Positions 1 to 10,411 of a DNA stretch of 64,000 bases are shown here, piece by piece. A model generated the notes under the pieces. It did no database searches. It had not been told where the DNA came from and saw only the letters and a program-made list of their open reading frames with translations. Numbering within the stretch: the first letter of the stretch is position 1; every line of letters begins with the position of its first letter. The DNA comes from a virus. The stretch lies in the IMG/VR virus record IMGVR_UViG_3300042549_008312, positions 1 through 64,000 of that record. One strand, 5' to 3'. The position numbers and the translations under genes were made by a program.

Positions 1-355
1 TTAATGTTCTATTTTTCTTAGAATTCTCTAATAATTTGGTTTTACCAACATATTCACCTTTATTATATCTTTTAATATAGGCTTGGTAAGCATCACCATC
101 CCAAATATGACAATTGTTATCAACAAGGTATTTGATGTTAGTATCACCACGTAAAAACCACAGAAGTTCGGTTGTTATTGTTTTGAATGGCATTTTCTTT
201 GTGGTTAGTAATGGAAATCCATCTGACATTTTATGACGGATTGTATAACCAAAGATTGATTTGGTTCCTGTGCCTGTCCTGTCTTGTTTTTCAACTCCAT
301 AATCTAAAATAGATTGAAGTAAGTCTGTATGTTGTTTATCAATCGTATTCTTCAT
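1..355 (-). CDS. thyA: Thymidylate synthase, N-terminal part (runs off window)
   Basis: Manual translation [36 protein letters not shown]...FPLLTTKK...[12 protein letters not shown]; DRTGTGT and FPLLTTKK are ThyA hallmarks; not in the ORF track. Confidence 0.95.
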   Translation of the reverse strand, partial: MKNTIDKQHTDLLQSILDYGVEKQDRTGTGTKSIFGYTIRHKMSDGFPLLTTKKMPFKTITTELLWFLRGDTNIKYLVDNNCHIWDGDAYQAYIKRYNKGEYVGKTKLLENSKKNRTL

Positions 356-358
356 AGT

Positions 359-661
359 TTAATGTTGATTTATTGTAACCGACTTAACTGTATTGACTGG
401 TGCTACATGTTCAATGGTTATATTACCAATATGAGTTAATTCTTCAATAGTCATACAAGTATCACTAAAATCCAAATAAACTTTTGTTGAGTTGGGTGAA
501 CCCGAAATTCTATGTGGCCTGCAACCACCAGGAAATTTATTAATCATTTTATTTAAAATCTCACTGAATTGAGTCATGTTAAGTGGGTTTGTATATTCAA
601 TAATATACACAACTTCAGTTATTTTAAAAATTCTTTTTAGTTTTTTAATTAATTTTTTCAT
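359..661 (-). CDS. Hypothetical protein
   Basis: 100-aa ORF in operon orientation, with a promoter-like TATTATTG just upstream. Confidence 0.6.
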   Translation of the reverse strand: MKKLIKKLKRIFKITEVVYIIEYTNPLNMTQFSEILNKMINKFPGGCRPHRISGSPNSTKVYLDFSDTCMTIEELTHIGNITIEHVAPVNTVKSVTINQH

Positions 662-688
662 AGTACAATAATAATAATTTTAATTTAA

Positions 689-1111
689 TTAAGCAAGTGT
701 TTTAGCAACTTCTCTGTTAATATCTCGTTCCTTGATACTCGCTCTTTTATCATGCAGTTTCTTACCACGAGCAAGAACAATTTCTATCTTAAAAAGACCA
801 CGTTCATTCTTAAAAATCTTATAAGGAACGATGGTGAGTCCTTTGACTAAATCCTTTTGTAACTTAACCAACTCCTTCTTCTTAAGCAACAACTTTCGAT
901 CTCTGGTTGGTTCGTGGCTATAAGCAGTACCGTTACCAGTTATGTTAATATTTTTAACATAAAGTTCATCACCAACAAAGACACAGAAAGCTTCGGTCAT
1001 TGATATCTTACCATCCTTAATCGACTTCACCTCTGACCCATGGAGTTGCATACCAGCGACCTCAGTCCTGATAAACTCATATTCAAACCTAGCTTTTTTA
1101 TTTACAAACAT
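689..1111 (-). CDS. smpB: SsrA-binding protein SmpB
   Basis: NKKARFEY, GSEVKSI, RDRKLLL, ARGKKLHDKR motifs. Confidence 0.97.
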   Translation of the reverse strand: MFVNKKARFEYEFIRTEVAGMQLHGSEVKSIKDGKISMTEAFCVFVGDELYVKNINITGNGTAYSHEPTRDRKLLLKKKELVKLQKDLVKGLTIVPYKIFKNERGLFKIEIVLARGKKLHDKRASIKERDINREVAKTLA

Positions 1112-1115
1112 AATT

Positions 1116-1658
1116 TTATTTCTTTAATAGTTCTATTATTTGTTCAAGTTTCATTATATGTTTGTCCTTTGGGTCAACTTCAATGTATTTCTCAACGTTA
1201 CCTCTTATCTTTGGTGTTATGATCGGGTAAGGGTTTGTTCTAACATCCACGAAAAATTCTTTGTTAAGATTGATACCACGAATGATCTTCTTACCGTTTT
1301 GTTTATCATCTTGTACATGAAGTATTAAATGTAACTTGCCTTCACCAGTAACAACTTTTTTGTAAGTGTTATTCAGTTTGTCTGGTCTGAACCATAGGTC
1401 ATCAAATATCATCATAGGTACATTGGGCCCAGTAACCTCAATATGTATATCTTTGCTTTCGATATACAAGTCAGCGTCACCTTTCTCATGGTTATTCTCC
1501 TGGGCGCTACCAGATATGTAATCGGTTGTACCAGCACCAAGACCAACGATGTCAACCTTTAACCCAGTTTCAGATTCGATTATCTCTTTAATAAGATTCT
1601 CCTTGGTTGCTGATTGCTCCCAACTATCTTTATATGCGTCCTTCCAAAAATTACTCAT
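1116..1658 (-). CDS. Hypothetical protein, possible PD-(D/E)XK-type nuclease
   Basis: E...GDADLYI...IEVT spacing resembles the restriction-endonuclease-like fold. Confidence 0.4.
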   Translation of the reverse strand: MSNFWKDAYKDSWEQSATKENLIKEIIESETGLKVDIVGLGAGTTDYISGSAQENNHEKGDADLYIESKDIHIEVTGPNVPMMIFDDLWFRPDKLNNTYKKVVTGEGKLHLILHVQDDKQNGKKIIRGINLNKEFFVDVRTNPYPIITPKIRGNVEKYIEVDPKDKHIMKLEQIIELLKK

Positions 1659-2151
1659 TATTATTTAACATATTGTTTATATAATTTAAACCGATTGTAC
1701 TACCTGATATATAACCCGTAAAATTACTCATGAAATTTGGGTCAAATGTCATTGTATCCATAAAAGTTTCACCATCATCAATTTGATACCAGGTTTTAAA
1801 TTCGGATTCAGCTTCTTTAGATCTCTTGATCTCAATTTTTTCTTCAGAAACTGTTCCACCGCATAATGAACATATTTGTTTAACCACAGTTATATCACCA
1901 ATAATACCAGGTATTATTATTTTATGTTCTTTATCAGTAGCCACTGAACCATCCTCATTTGTATGGTCGCATAGTTTGGGAAACTGTTTGATCTTCTCCT
2001 CGGTATCAAGCAATAAATTTCTATGAACCTCAGTAAAGGCTTCTAATTTACGTTCTAGATCTTCCTTTATTTTTTTTATATCAGAAGCTATCTTATCTTT
2101 TTTAAGATGAAGCGCTATTAATTCCCCCTTTCTTTCTATAAACGGATTCAT
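1651..2151 (-). CDS. Hypothetical coiled-coil/Zn-ribbon protein (start revised to MNPFIERK)
   Basis: The longer ORF start overlaps a terminator and promoter; CDH and CSLC motifs. Confidence 0.6.
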   Translation of the reverse strand: MNPFIERKGELIALHLKKDKIASDIKKIKEDLERKLEAFTEVHRNLLLDTEEKIKQFPKLCDHTNEDGSVATDKEHKIIIPGIIGDITVVKQICSLCGGTVSEEKIEIKRSKEAESEFKTWYQIDDGETFMDTMTFDPNFMSNFTGYISGSTIGLNYINNMLNNNE

Positions 2152-2189
2152 GCAACAAAAATAGGAAAAATAATTAATAAAACCAAATA

Positions 2190-2221
2190 AAAAAACCCCA
2201 CTTTTTTGGAGTGGGGTTTTA
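2190..2221 (-). terminator. Intrinsic terminator
   Basis: aaaaacccca ctt..gga gtggggttttt inverted repeat with T tracts. Confidence 0.75.
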
Positions 2222-2249
2222 ATCATTGATTATTACTCAAACTATTTTA

Positions 2250-2831
2250 TTACAAATACCTCAATTTATATATTGTTGAATTGATTAACTCAACAAATGT
2301 GTCGATTTGGTTTTGTAAATAAGATTCTTTTACTGAACCCCTATTTGATTCGATTTTTGTCTCTAAATCTTGGAAGTATTTTATTAACGCTTCACCTGAT
2401 TCAAAATCTGAAAAACCTTCTGGGCATTTGTAACTCTTCATTATACCATACTTACCTTGATAGCTTTCAACAAAACCATCGATTAATGGAATGATACCCT
2501 CATAATATAATTGTAAAGCCTGGTGCATCGCTAAGCTATGCTCACCAGTGGTTTGCCAATGAAATATGTGTGACTGTGTTCTAGAGTGTAAAATTTCAGC
2601 TATTACATCTTTGAAATCACCGTTGTTTTTAGGTGTTTCTTCCTTAGTTTCTTCATTATCAGACTCTTCATTATCAGAATCTTTATTCTCTTCATCTTTT
2701 GACTCCTCATCCTCGGGTTTGATCTCTTCTAATTCAGTTGATGTTAACTCTTTTTCTTCTGCTTCGTTAACAACTTTTTTATTAAGGTTTAATCCCATAA
2801 ACTCAGATTTTTTAAATTTAAAATTACTCAT
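2250..2831 (-). CDS. Ferritin/Dps-like (DUF5856-like) protein with acidic N-terminal extension
   Basis: HIFHWQT...HQAL..YY..I..LID..VESYQGKYG...LQNQID....LI..T.YKL helical-bundle pattern. Confidence 0.75.
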   Translation of the reverse strand: MSNFKFKKSEFMGLNLNKKVVNEAEEKELTSTELEEIKPEDEESKDEENKDSDNEESDNEETKEETPKNNGDFKDVIAEILHSRTQSHIFHWQTTGEHSLAMHQALQLYYEGIIPLIDGFVESYQGKYGIMKSYKCPEGFSDFESGEALIKYFQDLETKIESNRGSVKESYLQNQIDTFVELINSTIYKLRYL

Positions 2832-2877
2832 ATCCTTTGTTTTACTATAAATACACGGGAATATTTAAAAAGATAAG

Positions 2878-3441
2878 TTAAGGGCAATAAAGTATAGTTG
2901 GGTTATCTTTGTGTATGTCAATCCCCCAGGTAAATTTTTTTAAACTAAATGGACCTGAAATTATATGACAACCATTTTTGGTTGGGACCTCAGCATAGAT
3001 TTTACCACCAGCTTTGATAATATCCTGAACTCTATCATCCTTCTCAGGCATCCATTCGTCATCAAAGTCAACGATCCATTTCTTGTTCTTATCAGAATGG
3101 TGTTTACCACAAATCGTATCGTAGGTGTTCTTTATTGCTTTGTGATTACCGTCAGCAATCAGGTTGGCCATTCTTCTTAAACACTCTAACGCAATCTTCT
3201 TATCATCACGAACATTCAACCTAAGATAGGCTCTGGCGTTGTTTAATTGACACTCACGAACAGAATAAAGATAATACTTGTGATAATCCTCAAGCGAATA
3301 GATCTGGTAATTGGCTATAACCTTGTTATTACCAGAAAGTTCTGGGTTATCCTTCCTACGTTTTATTACTTGTAGGAAGTAGAACTTTGAGTCATCCTCA
3401 AAGTTCATGAAAGGTTTAAGTAGTTCGAAATTATCAACCAT
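2878..3441 (-). CDS. Conserved phage protein with AEP/primase-polymerase-like motifs
   Basis: WIVDFD (DxD) and TKNGCHII (GxH) motifs. Confidence 0.5.
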   Translation of the reverse strand: MVDNFELLKPFMNFEDDSKFYFLQVIKRRKDNPELSGNNKVIANYQIYSLEDYHKYYLYSVRECQLNNARAYLRLNVRDDKKIALECLRRMANLIADGNHKAIKNTYDTICGKHHSDKNKKWIVDFDDEWMPEKDDRVQDIIKAGGKIYAEVPTKNGCHIISGPFSLKKFTWGIDIHKDNPTILYCP

Positions 3442-3875
3442 TACATACCGTATTGATTAGGTTCAACAGTGTGTTCAATTTGAACTCTGACGCAATCCTG
3501 TGGTAAACGATTAATATGTCGATAGTTATTAATGTAACCCATCATATTGGCACTACCAATAGCATTTGCAGAATGAATTACCACTTTACAAACTGGGGAT
3601 CCATCCATCCACCTTTCAATTAGCCATTTTGTGCAATCCATTCCTGTCTTCTCAGTAATGTTATCATAGTTTAATTCGTAATTGCGATAAACATTCTTAT
3701 GCCACTCTGCCATAGCGGAGTCACCCAAATCGTGATCCAATGAAATCATTTCAATGTTATCTAAACCGATTTCTGTAACCTTCTCAACAAATTCCTGATA
3801 GCTTCTAACAACAACCCATTCATTTGAAGTGGGTGTGCGTACATCATCTAAGTATATATTATATTTTTGTGTCAT
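3441..3875 (-). CDS. Cyclic-phosphate-processing receiver-like domain protein
   Basis: IYLDDVRTP, ISLDHDLG, TG.D..KW, IHSAN motifs; located in RNA-repair cluster. Confidence 0.8.
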   Translation of the reverse strand: MTQKYNIYLDDVRTPTSNEWVVVRSYQEFVEKVTEIGLDNIEMISLDHDLGDSAMAEWHKNVYRNYELNYDNITEKTGMDCTKWLIERWMDGSPVCKVVIHSANAIGSANMMGYINNYRHINRLPQDCVRVQIEHTVEPNQYGM

Positions 3876-3879
3876 AACA

Positions 3880-3911
3880 CAAAAGTAATAAAACTTATTT
3901 AAATAACCAAA
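3880..3911 (-). promoter_or_regulatory. Bacteroidota sigma-A type promoter (-33 TTTG, -7 TACTTTTG), 4 nt before ATG
   Basis: TTTGGTTATTTAAATAAGTTTTATTACTTTTGTGTTATG on the minus strand. Confidence 0.75.
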
Positions 3912-4133
3912 CTATTTTAGTGATTTTTTATTGAAGAAAAAATATAGCCCAAAGAAAAGACCCGCTATACAATAGAAAATAACGTCCGTAATCCAATAAG
4001 AACCTGTTAAGTCCATCGTCATCTTGAAAAGTGCATCGAACCCAAAAGGGTTGAAAAACATAGCAAGCATTAAACAGATAGTGGAAAGCTTTTTTAAAAA
4101 AGTTGCTCGCCAAGTTTTGATTTCTACTGTCAT
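3912..4133 (-). CDS. Small two-TM membrane protein
   Basis: Two hydrophobic stretches. Confidence 0.6.
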   Translation of the reverse strand: MTVEIKTWRATFLKKLSTICLMLAMFFNPFGFDALFKMTMDLTGSYWITDVIFYCIAGLFFGLYFFFNKKSLK

Positions 4134-4211
4134 CGTCCATACTTAGATATTAAAATGTTTATAATCAACACTGAACGTGTATCATAAACATAAATATGGG
4201 CTATTTACGCT

Positions 4212-4778
4212 TTATCCTAAAAATGCGATAATTTTTTCTTTGATACCAGATTGTTTAATACCCTCAACACCACTTGGTGTGAGTACGAAGTTATCCAACC
4301 CCCAGTCTTTCCATGATTCACCGTTCTTACCCATATCAAGGTCATCAACTGAAACCCAATGAGTAATCTCAGGGTGATCGTGTAGATACTGTTTAATTTC
4401 AATAACACGAGTCATCTCCAAGTCCCATCGCGGTGACCATATCCAATTATTATACCATGTACATTGACCCAAATCTGGTGTCAACGCAATTGGTTTCTTG
4501 ATGATACCTTTGGATTCGTAGTACTCACCCATCTCTTCAAGGTTTGCCCATCGTTTCCAATCAGATGATACAACAATCTCGGCACCTGTCTCTTCAATAA
4601 TTTGATTTAATACTTTAACAGCTTTCTGATTAAAGTTATCGAATCGATATTCAATTGGCATTTCTCTTGTGGTCATAGATAATTTACGGCCGCCCCATTT
4701 TGCTTGTTTCTTAAAACGATTACCCCACTCTGTGGATAGACAGATTACTCCGTCATGATCTAAAAATATAACTTTCAT
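4212..4778 (-). CDS. HAD phosphatase, Swiss-army-knife RNA-repair type (HAD_SAK-like)
   Basis: VIFLDHDGVI, IVVSSDWK, WVSVDD. Confidence 0.85.
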   Translation of the reverse strand: MKVIFLDHDGVICLSTEWGNRFKKQAKWGGRKLSMTTREMPIEYRFDNFNQKAVKVLNQIIEETGAEIVVSSDWKRWANLEEMGEYYESKGIIKKPIALTPDLGQCTWYNNWIWSPRWDLEMTRVIEIKQYLHDHPEITHWVSVDDLDMGKNGESWKDWGLDNFVLTPSGVEGIKQSGIKEKIIAFLG

Positions 4779-4779
4779 A

Positions 4780-5352
4780 TTAATAATTTAATTCTATTAC
4801 GGTTTTTTCCAACATTGCTTTTGCTATTTCATAATAGTGTTGGTTAAACCCATCTTTATTTCTTGGCGATGGTAGTACATGAACAAAATGATTTCTTTGG
4901 TTGTATAACATATCAGAATCATCATCTATAATTATATAATTCTCAATACCAGACTCGTCCATTCTTTTTTGTTGTTCTTCTTCTGACCAGTTTATATTAT
5001 GGAATTTCAAATCATTTTCTAAAAAGTGTTTAATCTCCATACCCCTTGGTATGTTTATACCTGAAGTTCTTATTGAAGGTGTGACACCTATAATATTACC
5101 ACTCATGTTTTCAAGATCCCATACCTTTCTCATAAACTCAATACCGCTATGTCTCCAGGTTGATGATATTACAATCTTCGCACCAGTTTCATCAATGAGT
5201 TTATTCAATAGATCTTTGCTACGAACACAGAACCTTTGGTAATGGTCTTTACGACCATCTTCCCAAATCCATTCTTGGTATTGACACTCACCACCACGGT
5301 AAGCGTTCTCACAGTTTAAAACACCATCTATGTCCAAAAAGATTACTTTCAT
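4780..5352 (-). CDS. HAD phosphatase, Swiss-army-knife RNA-repair type (paralogue)
   Basis: VIFLDIDGVLN, IVISSTWR, RG.EI..FL, YIIIDDDSD. Confidence 0.85.
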   Translation of the reverse strand: MKVIFLDIDGVLNCENAYRGGECQYQEWIWEDGRKDHYQRFCVRSKDLLNKLIDETGAKIVISSTWRHSGIEFMRKVWDLENMSGNIIGVTPSIRTSGINIPRGMEIKHFLENDLKFHNINWSEEEQQKRMDESGIENYIIIDDDSDMLYNQRNHFVHVLPSPRNKDGFNQHYYEIAKAMLEKTVIELNY

Positions 5353-6029
5353 GCGTACTGAGTCCTCAATAGTTTAACGATATCCATAGCATCATCAATG
5401 GCGTTGTGTGTAACATGTGGGTCCAAATGTGCACGCTCTTTGCAAAGCGACAGTCCTGGGATAGCCTCATCATTCTTCCAGTCAACAAATAAGATTGATG
5501 GATCGATTGTTCTACCTCTAGCTCTTAACACTTGTTTCCATCTTGGTAACCTTTCCAAGAACTTGTTATCAAAGTTCGCAAAGTTCTTACCAGCACCGTT
5601 AAAGTAATACGGTTTCATCTTTGATGTCAACATTGGATATGTTTTACCATTAACAACCTCAACCATTCTATTTGGGTCAAACAACTCAGGACCACCGTCC
5701 AAAGCTTTGTGATCATATAAGAAATGGAATATTCTTTTGGTTACGTTTTCTTCGGTAAGATATTCACGGCCAGTCTTGACTTCAATCTCTTTACGTTCTA
5801 AGGCAGTCTTAGCTATTTTATAACTAAGGATATCAGAAATGAGATCTCTGTTCATGTTAAGAGCAAAGATCTCACCTTCCAATCTTTCATGTATGATGGC
5901 AATCTCAAGTTTGGGTAATTCTTCAAATGGTTTTAGGTTGTTGGTGTCTTCGACAACCAACCCTATTGACAGTGTTTGGGTGTTCTCACCCAAACCTGTT
6001 GTTTCTATGTCAATGCTTACGTATGTCAT
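5349..6029 (-). CDS. DEDDh 3'-5' exonuclease
   Basis: SIDIETTG, FD..FL, THNAIDDA. Confidence 0.85.
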   Translation of the reverse strand: MTYVSIDIETTGLGENTQTLSIGLVVEDTNNLKPFEELPKLEIAIIHERLEGEIFALNMNRDLISDILSYKIAKTALERKEIEVKTGREYLTEENVTKRIFHFLYDHKALDGGPELFDPNRMVEVVNGKTYPMLTSKMKPYYFNGAGKNFANFDNKFLERLPRWKQVLRARGRTIDPSILFVDWKNDEAIPGLSLCKERAHLDPHVTHNAIDDAMDIVKLLRTQYA

Positions 6030-7048
6030 TATTTTTCGTTTAATAAAAATTTATTTGAAATTGCTTTGAAGCTGATCTTTCTATCCATACTTCTAATAAC
6101 AACACCCTCTCTATCGAACCTATCATTAAGAACTGATTTACCATCAGCATAAGCCAACATCTCATCAATTGTTTCTGGTAGTTTCATTGTAAGGTTTGTT
6201 AAAAATGGTACGGTTTCCAATTTTAACCCGTGTTGCATGGTAGCCAAGAACATTGGTAATCCATAGTAAGTTTGAAAATCAATGTCAAATACATTAAAGA
6301 ATTTAACGGTGTGACCTTTAATTTTGTAAGGGTTTCCTTGAATACCCTCTCCAATCAATTCACCTTGTATAGCCAGGTTCCGTCCGTTCTCACGTAACTT
6401 CTCTTCAAGTTTTAACTCACGAGCCACCTTCCAGAAAGTATTACCCTCAGTTTCTTCAAGGTCTAAGTTTCTGGAACAAACACCAAATAGATCATCTCTT
6501 AAATAGAACGTTGCAGAGCTACCATCAAGTTTTTCAGTTACATAGAAATCCAAACCTTCCTCAACCCATTTTGCGTAGTCTTTGGTTAGATTCTGCACAC
6601 GCTCCTCATCTGTCTTATGTAAGAAACCTGGGAAGTTACCACGAACCTTACCAGCAAGTTCAGCTGGGATAGGTGGTTCGTATTTAACGATAGCCAATCT
6701 CTCGGTAACATCAAGACCTTCATACGCTGTCCAACCAAAGTCTCCGAAGACACTCATAGGTAAGATCAAACCTTGTGAAACTTGTCCACGAAGTCTAATC
6801 GTTTTAAGACGGAAACCTTCTTGGTCACCCATTCTTTTAAATGAACTCTTACGCAAGAACTCAAACTCTTCTCTAACAGGTAGAAATGAGTCGATCTCAC
6901 AGTAAACTACATGGTCACCAACTTTGTGACCAACATTCTTTGCTACAACAACATCCCAGTTGTTGATACGTGCAACTTCAATAGCATCAGCACCCTCAAT
7001 AGGTCTGATATCAGCTATTATTTGTATGCTTGCTAATTTTCTTTCCAT
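6029..7048 (-). CDS. ATP-dependent RNA ligase, DRB0094/Rnl2-like with N-terminal OB domain
   Basis: RKLASIQ.I..I.PI.GADAIE, TEKLDGSS, QGELIG.GIQ.N, REGVV, SFKAISN.FL. Confidence 0.92.
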   Translation of the reverse strand: MERKLASIQIIADIRPIEGADAIEVARINNWDVVVAKNVGHKVGDHVVYCEIDSFLPVREEFEFLRKSSFKRMGDQEGFRLKTIRLRGQVSQGLILPMSVFGDFGWTAYEGLDVTERLAIVKYEPPIPAELAGKVRGNFPGFLHKTDEERVQNLTKDYAKWVEEGLDFYVTEKLDGSSATFYLRDDLFGVCSRNLDLEETEGNTFWKVARELKLEEKLRENGRNLAIQGELIGEGIQGNPYKIKGHTVKFFNVFDIDFQTYYGLPMFLATMQHGLKLETVPFLTNLTMKLPETIDEMLAYADGKSVLNDRFDREGVVIRSMDRKISFKAISNKFLLNEK

Positions 7049-7332
7049 TCTTTTTTATATATTAATTCCCAATGTTTTCTATATTCTCTAACGTTAATCA
7101 TTTTGATAGGGTATTCCCAATACACATCTTCGTAAGAAATATGAAGGTACAAAACAATTGTTGACGGTGGAACGTAATTATCTTTAGCCCATTTAAATAA
7201 TTGTTTGATGTTCTTTTTTAACCTCATCTTCTTAGCAAAGGTGGGGTAATCACAATCCCAAATTTGTGGGAATGCGCTTAACACACCTCTACCAATACCC
7301 TGGTATCCTATATTAAATACGACTTGTTTCAT
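7033..7332 (-). CDS. Hypothetical protein
   Basis: ORF tightly coupled to its neighbours. Confidence 0.55.
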   Translation of the reverse strand: MKQVVFNIGYQGIGRGVLSAFPQIWDCDYPTFAKKMRLKKNIKQLFKWAKDNYVPPSTIVLYLHISYEDVYWEYPIKMINVREYRKHWELIYKKEWKEN

Positions 7333-7747
7333 TACAATTTAATTTCGAAACGATCCTTCATTTTTTGTATTGTTTCTTCTGGACAGTCGTGTTCGTTCAC
7401 ACCACCGTGTCTGTTCTCAACGATGATACTGAATACTTTATAGTTCCATTGTTCTGCCAATAGAAAATACGGAACCATTTCCCACTCCTGTGTGAATGTG
7501 TTTGAGACAATGATGATGCTATTATCACCAGTTGTATGGTTCAATAACATCGCTCGTTCAACACTATCTTGACACCACTTATGCGCATCTCTTATTTTAG
7601 CGGGGTTGAATTTATATTCCCCGTCTTCCATAAAATACATGTCGGCTTCAAAATGTGCATAGCCAGCCCCACCAGCTCCCAACAACTTGGCAGTGGTGCT
7701 CTTACCTGATCCAGGTATTCCTCTTAATAATATTAATTCTTTACTCA

Positions 7748-7748
<1 letters not shown>
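7332..7748 (-). CDS. P-loop polynucleotide kinase-like (AAA_33) protein
   Basis: LILLRGIPGSGKST, EAD.YF, VSNTF...WE, NxHxxP. Confidence 0.85.
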
Positions 7749-8078
<330 letters not shown>

Positions 8079-8086
<8 letters not shown>

Positions 8087-8714
8087 GGTGGTCGTATGCG
8101 ATCATTGATCTATTTTCTCTTTTTTCCATTAACTTCAGGATGTCTTTTAATTCGTATGGTTCCATCCCGTTTGAACCATCCATTCCAACGTCCATCATTT
8201 TACCTGGACCAAACTTCAAGTGCGCTGGTAAGTGAACGTGCCCATGCAAATGTATAACCCCTTGGTTAAGGTCATGCCATGATGCAATCGGAAAGTGACA
8301 CAGAACCATTCGGTGAACGTCATGAGAGCCACCCTTATCCACTTTAAGTGTTAAGTAATGGTATTTACTCACAGAAGCAAATAAGCTCTGTATATCCTCT
8401 TTATTTCGATCGATATGGTGGTCATGATTACCAAGCACCAGGTGAATGTTCTGACACATGATTCTGTGTCGAAGTTCAGCGATTCTTTCAAACCCGCCAA
8501 AAGACCAGTCACCCAAGTGAAATAGTATATCGTCTGGACCAACGTTGTTGTTGATCGCATTAACAATCGCAGCGTTCATCTTATCCAAAGATTCAAAATC
8601 CCTGGTCTTGCCCTCATCTGGCCAATTAGACGTAGCACGGCAAATGTTGCTGTGTCCGTAATGTGTATCTGATGTGAACCATACCTTTTGGTCCCTTGCT
8701 ACATTTATTTTCAT
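8079..8714 (-). CDS. Calcineurin-like metallophosphoesterase (start revised to MKINVAR)
   Basis: SDTHYGH, HLGD, LGNHD, HGHVH motifs; TATATTTG promoter 4 nt before the revised ATG. Confidence 0.9.
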
Positions 8715-8727
8715 ATTGCAAATATAA

Positions 8728-8979
8728 TTAAAAATAATCACAACACCAAATTGGTGTTTTTTCACCCACATACCCACCGTGGATATTGTAGTAATAATGC
8801 TCTAAAGCATCTTCTTCTGTCATCCCATCATCAATGATAAGGATGTCAATGATTTTACTCATGGAATAGATAAGTCTACCAGTTTGGTCATCATAACCTA
8901 TGATAGCCTCATCCAATCCATCAGCTTTTAAGAACTCATCCTCTGGATTCTGTTCTATTATTGTTTCTAGCATGCTCAT
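8728..8979 (-). CDS. Small acidic conserved phage protein
   Basis: ADGLDEAIIG...YS...A.E.Y.YNI.G.YVGE.TP. Confidence 0.65.
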   Translation of the reverse strand: MSMLETIIEQNPEDEFLKADGLDEAIIGYDDQTGRLIYSMSKIIDILIIDDGMTEEDALEHYYYNIHGGYVGEKTPIWCCDYF

Positions 8980-10046
8980 ATTTTTCTGTATTCTGGATAA
9001 ATTAAATCCCAAATTATTTTACTGTGATCTCTTTCGTCTAACATAGTGAACAACAAAGATGGGTGTTTGTACTGTAGAGCATATTGAGCAAAGGTTGCTC
9101 TATATTTTTCTTTTGGTACATTATGGTTTTCCAAACCTTTAACTATTGTATTAAAGATCCAAGTGTATTCTCTTTCAATCGTTTGGAACTGGGTGGTTAA
9201 CTCATCTACATAGACTCTTATCTTTGCGTGAAACTCATCAGGTACATCAACCAATGAAGCCATTAAATCTTCACCGTTGGCCAATGTTTCCCAGATGTTT
9301 CTTGTTGAGAAGTTTGTCATGATTTTGTGTAATCTAACATACTCCTCAAACTTGATCTTAACACGATAACCAGATGGGTAGAATCTGATTACAAATCCTT
9401 CTTTACCAGATTCATTTAAATTTTGGTATCTTTTAAATAAATCTTCAGTTAATGGGTCCATCGAAGTCCAAACAACATCCTCATAGTCTATACCAGAAGC
9501 TCTAAACATAGATTTTGCTGTCGCCCAATTCAACTCAAATTCAGGTGTTGTTGCACCAAGAAATGTTATCATCTCCTCACCGTAGTCAACAACAATCCTG
9601 TTCTCAGGATAAATGATCTCACATAAGTAAGTAACATTAGGAATAAAACGTTTTAAATCGTATTTTGATTTAAGAATCTCCAAACCTTTAACAGCTTGGT
9701 CGGATGTAAACGAACCCCTTGTTGCTAATAACCATTCACCGTTATAGTTAAATAAGATACCCAAAGAACCATCCATTTTTTCTTGGACATATACGTACTC
9801 ACTATCCCATGGAATAACATCCTTATCAATAACCTCTTCGTAGTTAAAGAACTTTGGAAATGGTTTAGCAATCACAGCACCAGAATCATCAGTGACAAGT
9901 CCACGGCATGCGATGGTAACCTCATCCCATAACATTTCGTACTGCACCTTTTCGCTGTAGTTCCAAATTGTCAATGGAAGAGTTGGGTGTGTTTGTTTGT
10001 ACAACAACCCATCTTCGTGATACTTGTTTAATGTTTCTAAGTTCAT
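8976..10046 (-). CDS. T4 Rnl1-like RNA ligase
   Basis: CRGLV, PFPKFFN, EKMDGSLG, ATRGSF.S.QA, EIIYP.NRIV, EGFVIR, KIKF.EY..LH. Confidence 0.92.
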   Translation of the reverse strand: MNLETLNKYHEDGLLYKQTHPTLPLTIWNYSEKVQYEMLWDEVTIACRGLVTDDSGAVIAKPFPKFFNYEEVIDKDVIPWDSEYVYVQEKMDGSLGILFNYNGEWLLATRGSFTSDQAVKGLEILKSKYDLKRFIPNVTYLCEIIYPENRIVVDYGEEMITFLGATTPEFELNWATAKSMFRASGIDYEDVVWTSMDPLTEDLFKRYQNLNESGKEGFVIRFYPSGYRVKIKFEEYVRLHKIMTNFSTRNIWETLANGEDLMASLVDVPDEFHAKIRVYVDELTTQFQTIEREYTWIFNTIVKGLENHNVPKEKYRATFAQYALQYKHPSLLFTMLDERDHSKIIWDLIYPEYRKI

Positions 10047-10306
10047 AACCTGTCTGCTATTTTTTTGATAATCTCTTCTTCTTCGTTTGTTAAGCGTAAT
10101 CGACCTCTGCCACCCAATTTACCCATAACCACATCCCAATCTTCATCCATAAGATTCTTATCGTTTTCTGGGATATGGTTACCAGGTTTGGTGATGTGAC
10201 CATCTTCAACTAACGCATCGATTAGTTCTTCAATCTCTCTTGAGTTACATGATGATACAAATTCATCTGGATCAATGTCAATGTCTTCTGTGTAAAATGT
10301 TGGCAT
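10043..10306 (-). CDS. Hypothetical acidic protein
   Basis: First gene after a TACTTTTG promoter at about 10326-10333. Confidence 0.6.
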   Translation of the reverse strand: MPTFYTEDIDIDPDEFVSSCNSREIEELIDALVEDGHITKPGNHIPENDKNLMDEDWDVVMGKLGGRGRLRLTNEEEEIIKKIADRL

Positions 10307-10384
10307 AGTATTTTTATTTGTTCAACAAAAGTAAACAAAAAACACTTAACAAACAAATTTTTTTAAAAAAATTATTTGGAAATA

Positions 10385-10409
10385 AAAAAGCCCCATCTCT
10401 GGGGCTTTC
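10385..10409 (-). terminator. Intrinsic terminator
   Basis: aaaaagccccatctctggggctttt. Confidence 0.8.
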
Positions 10410-10411
10410 TA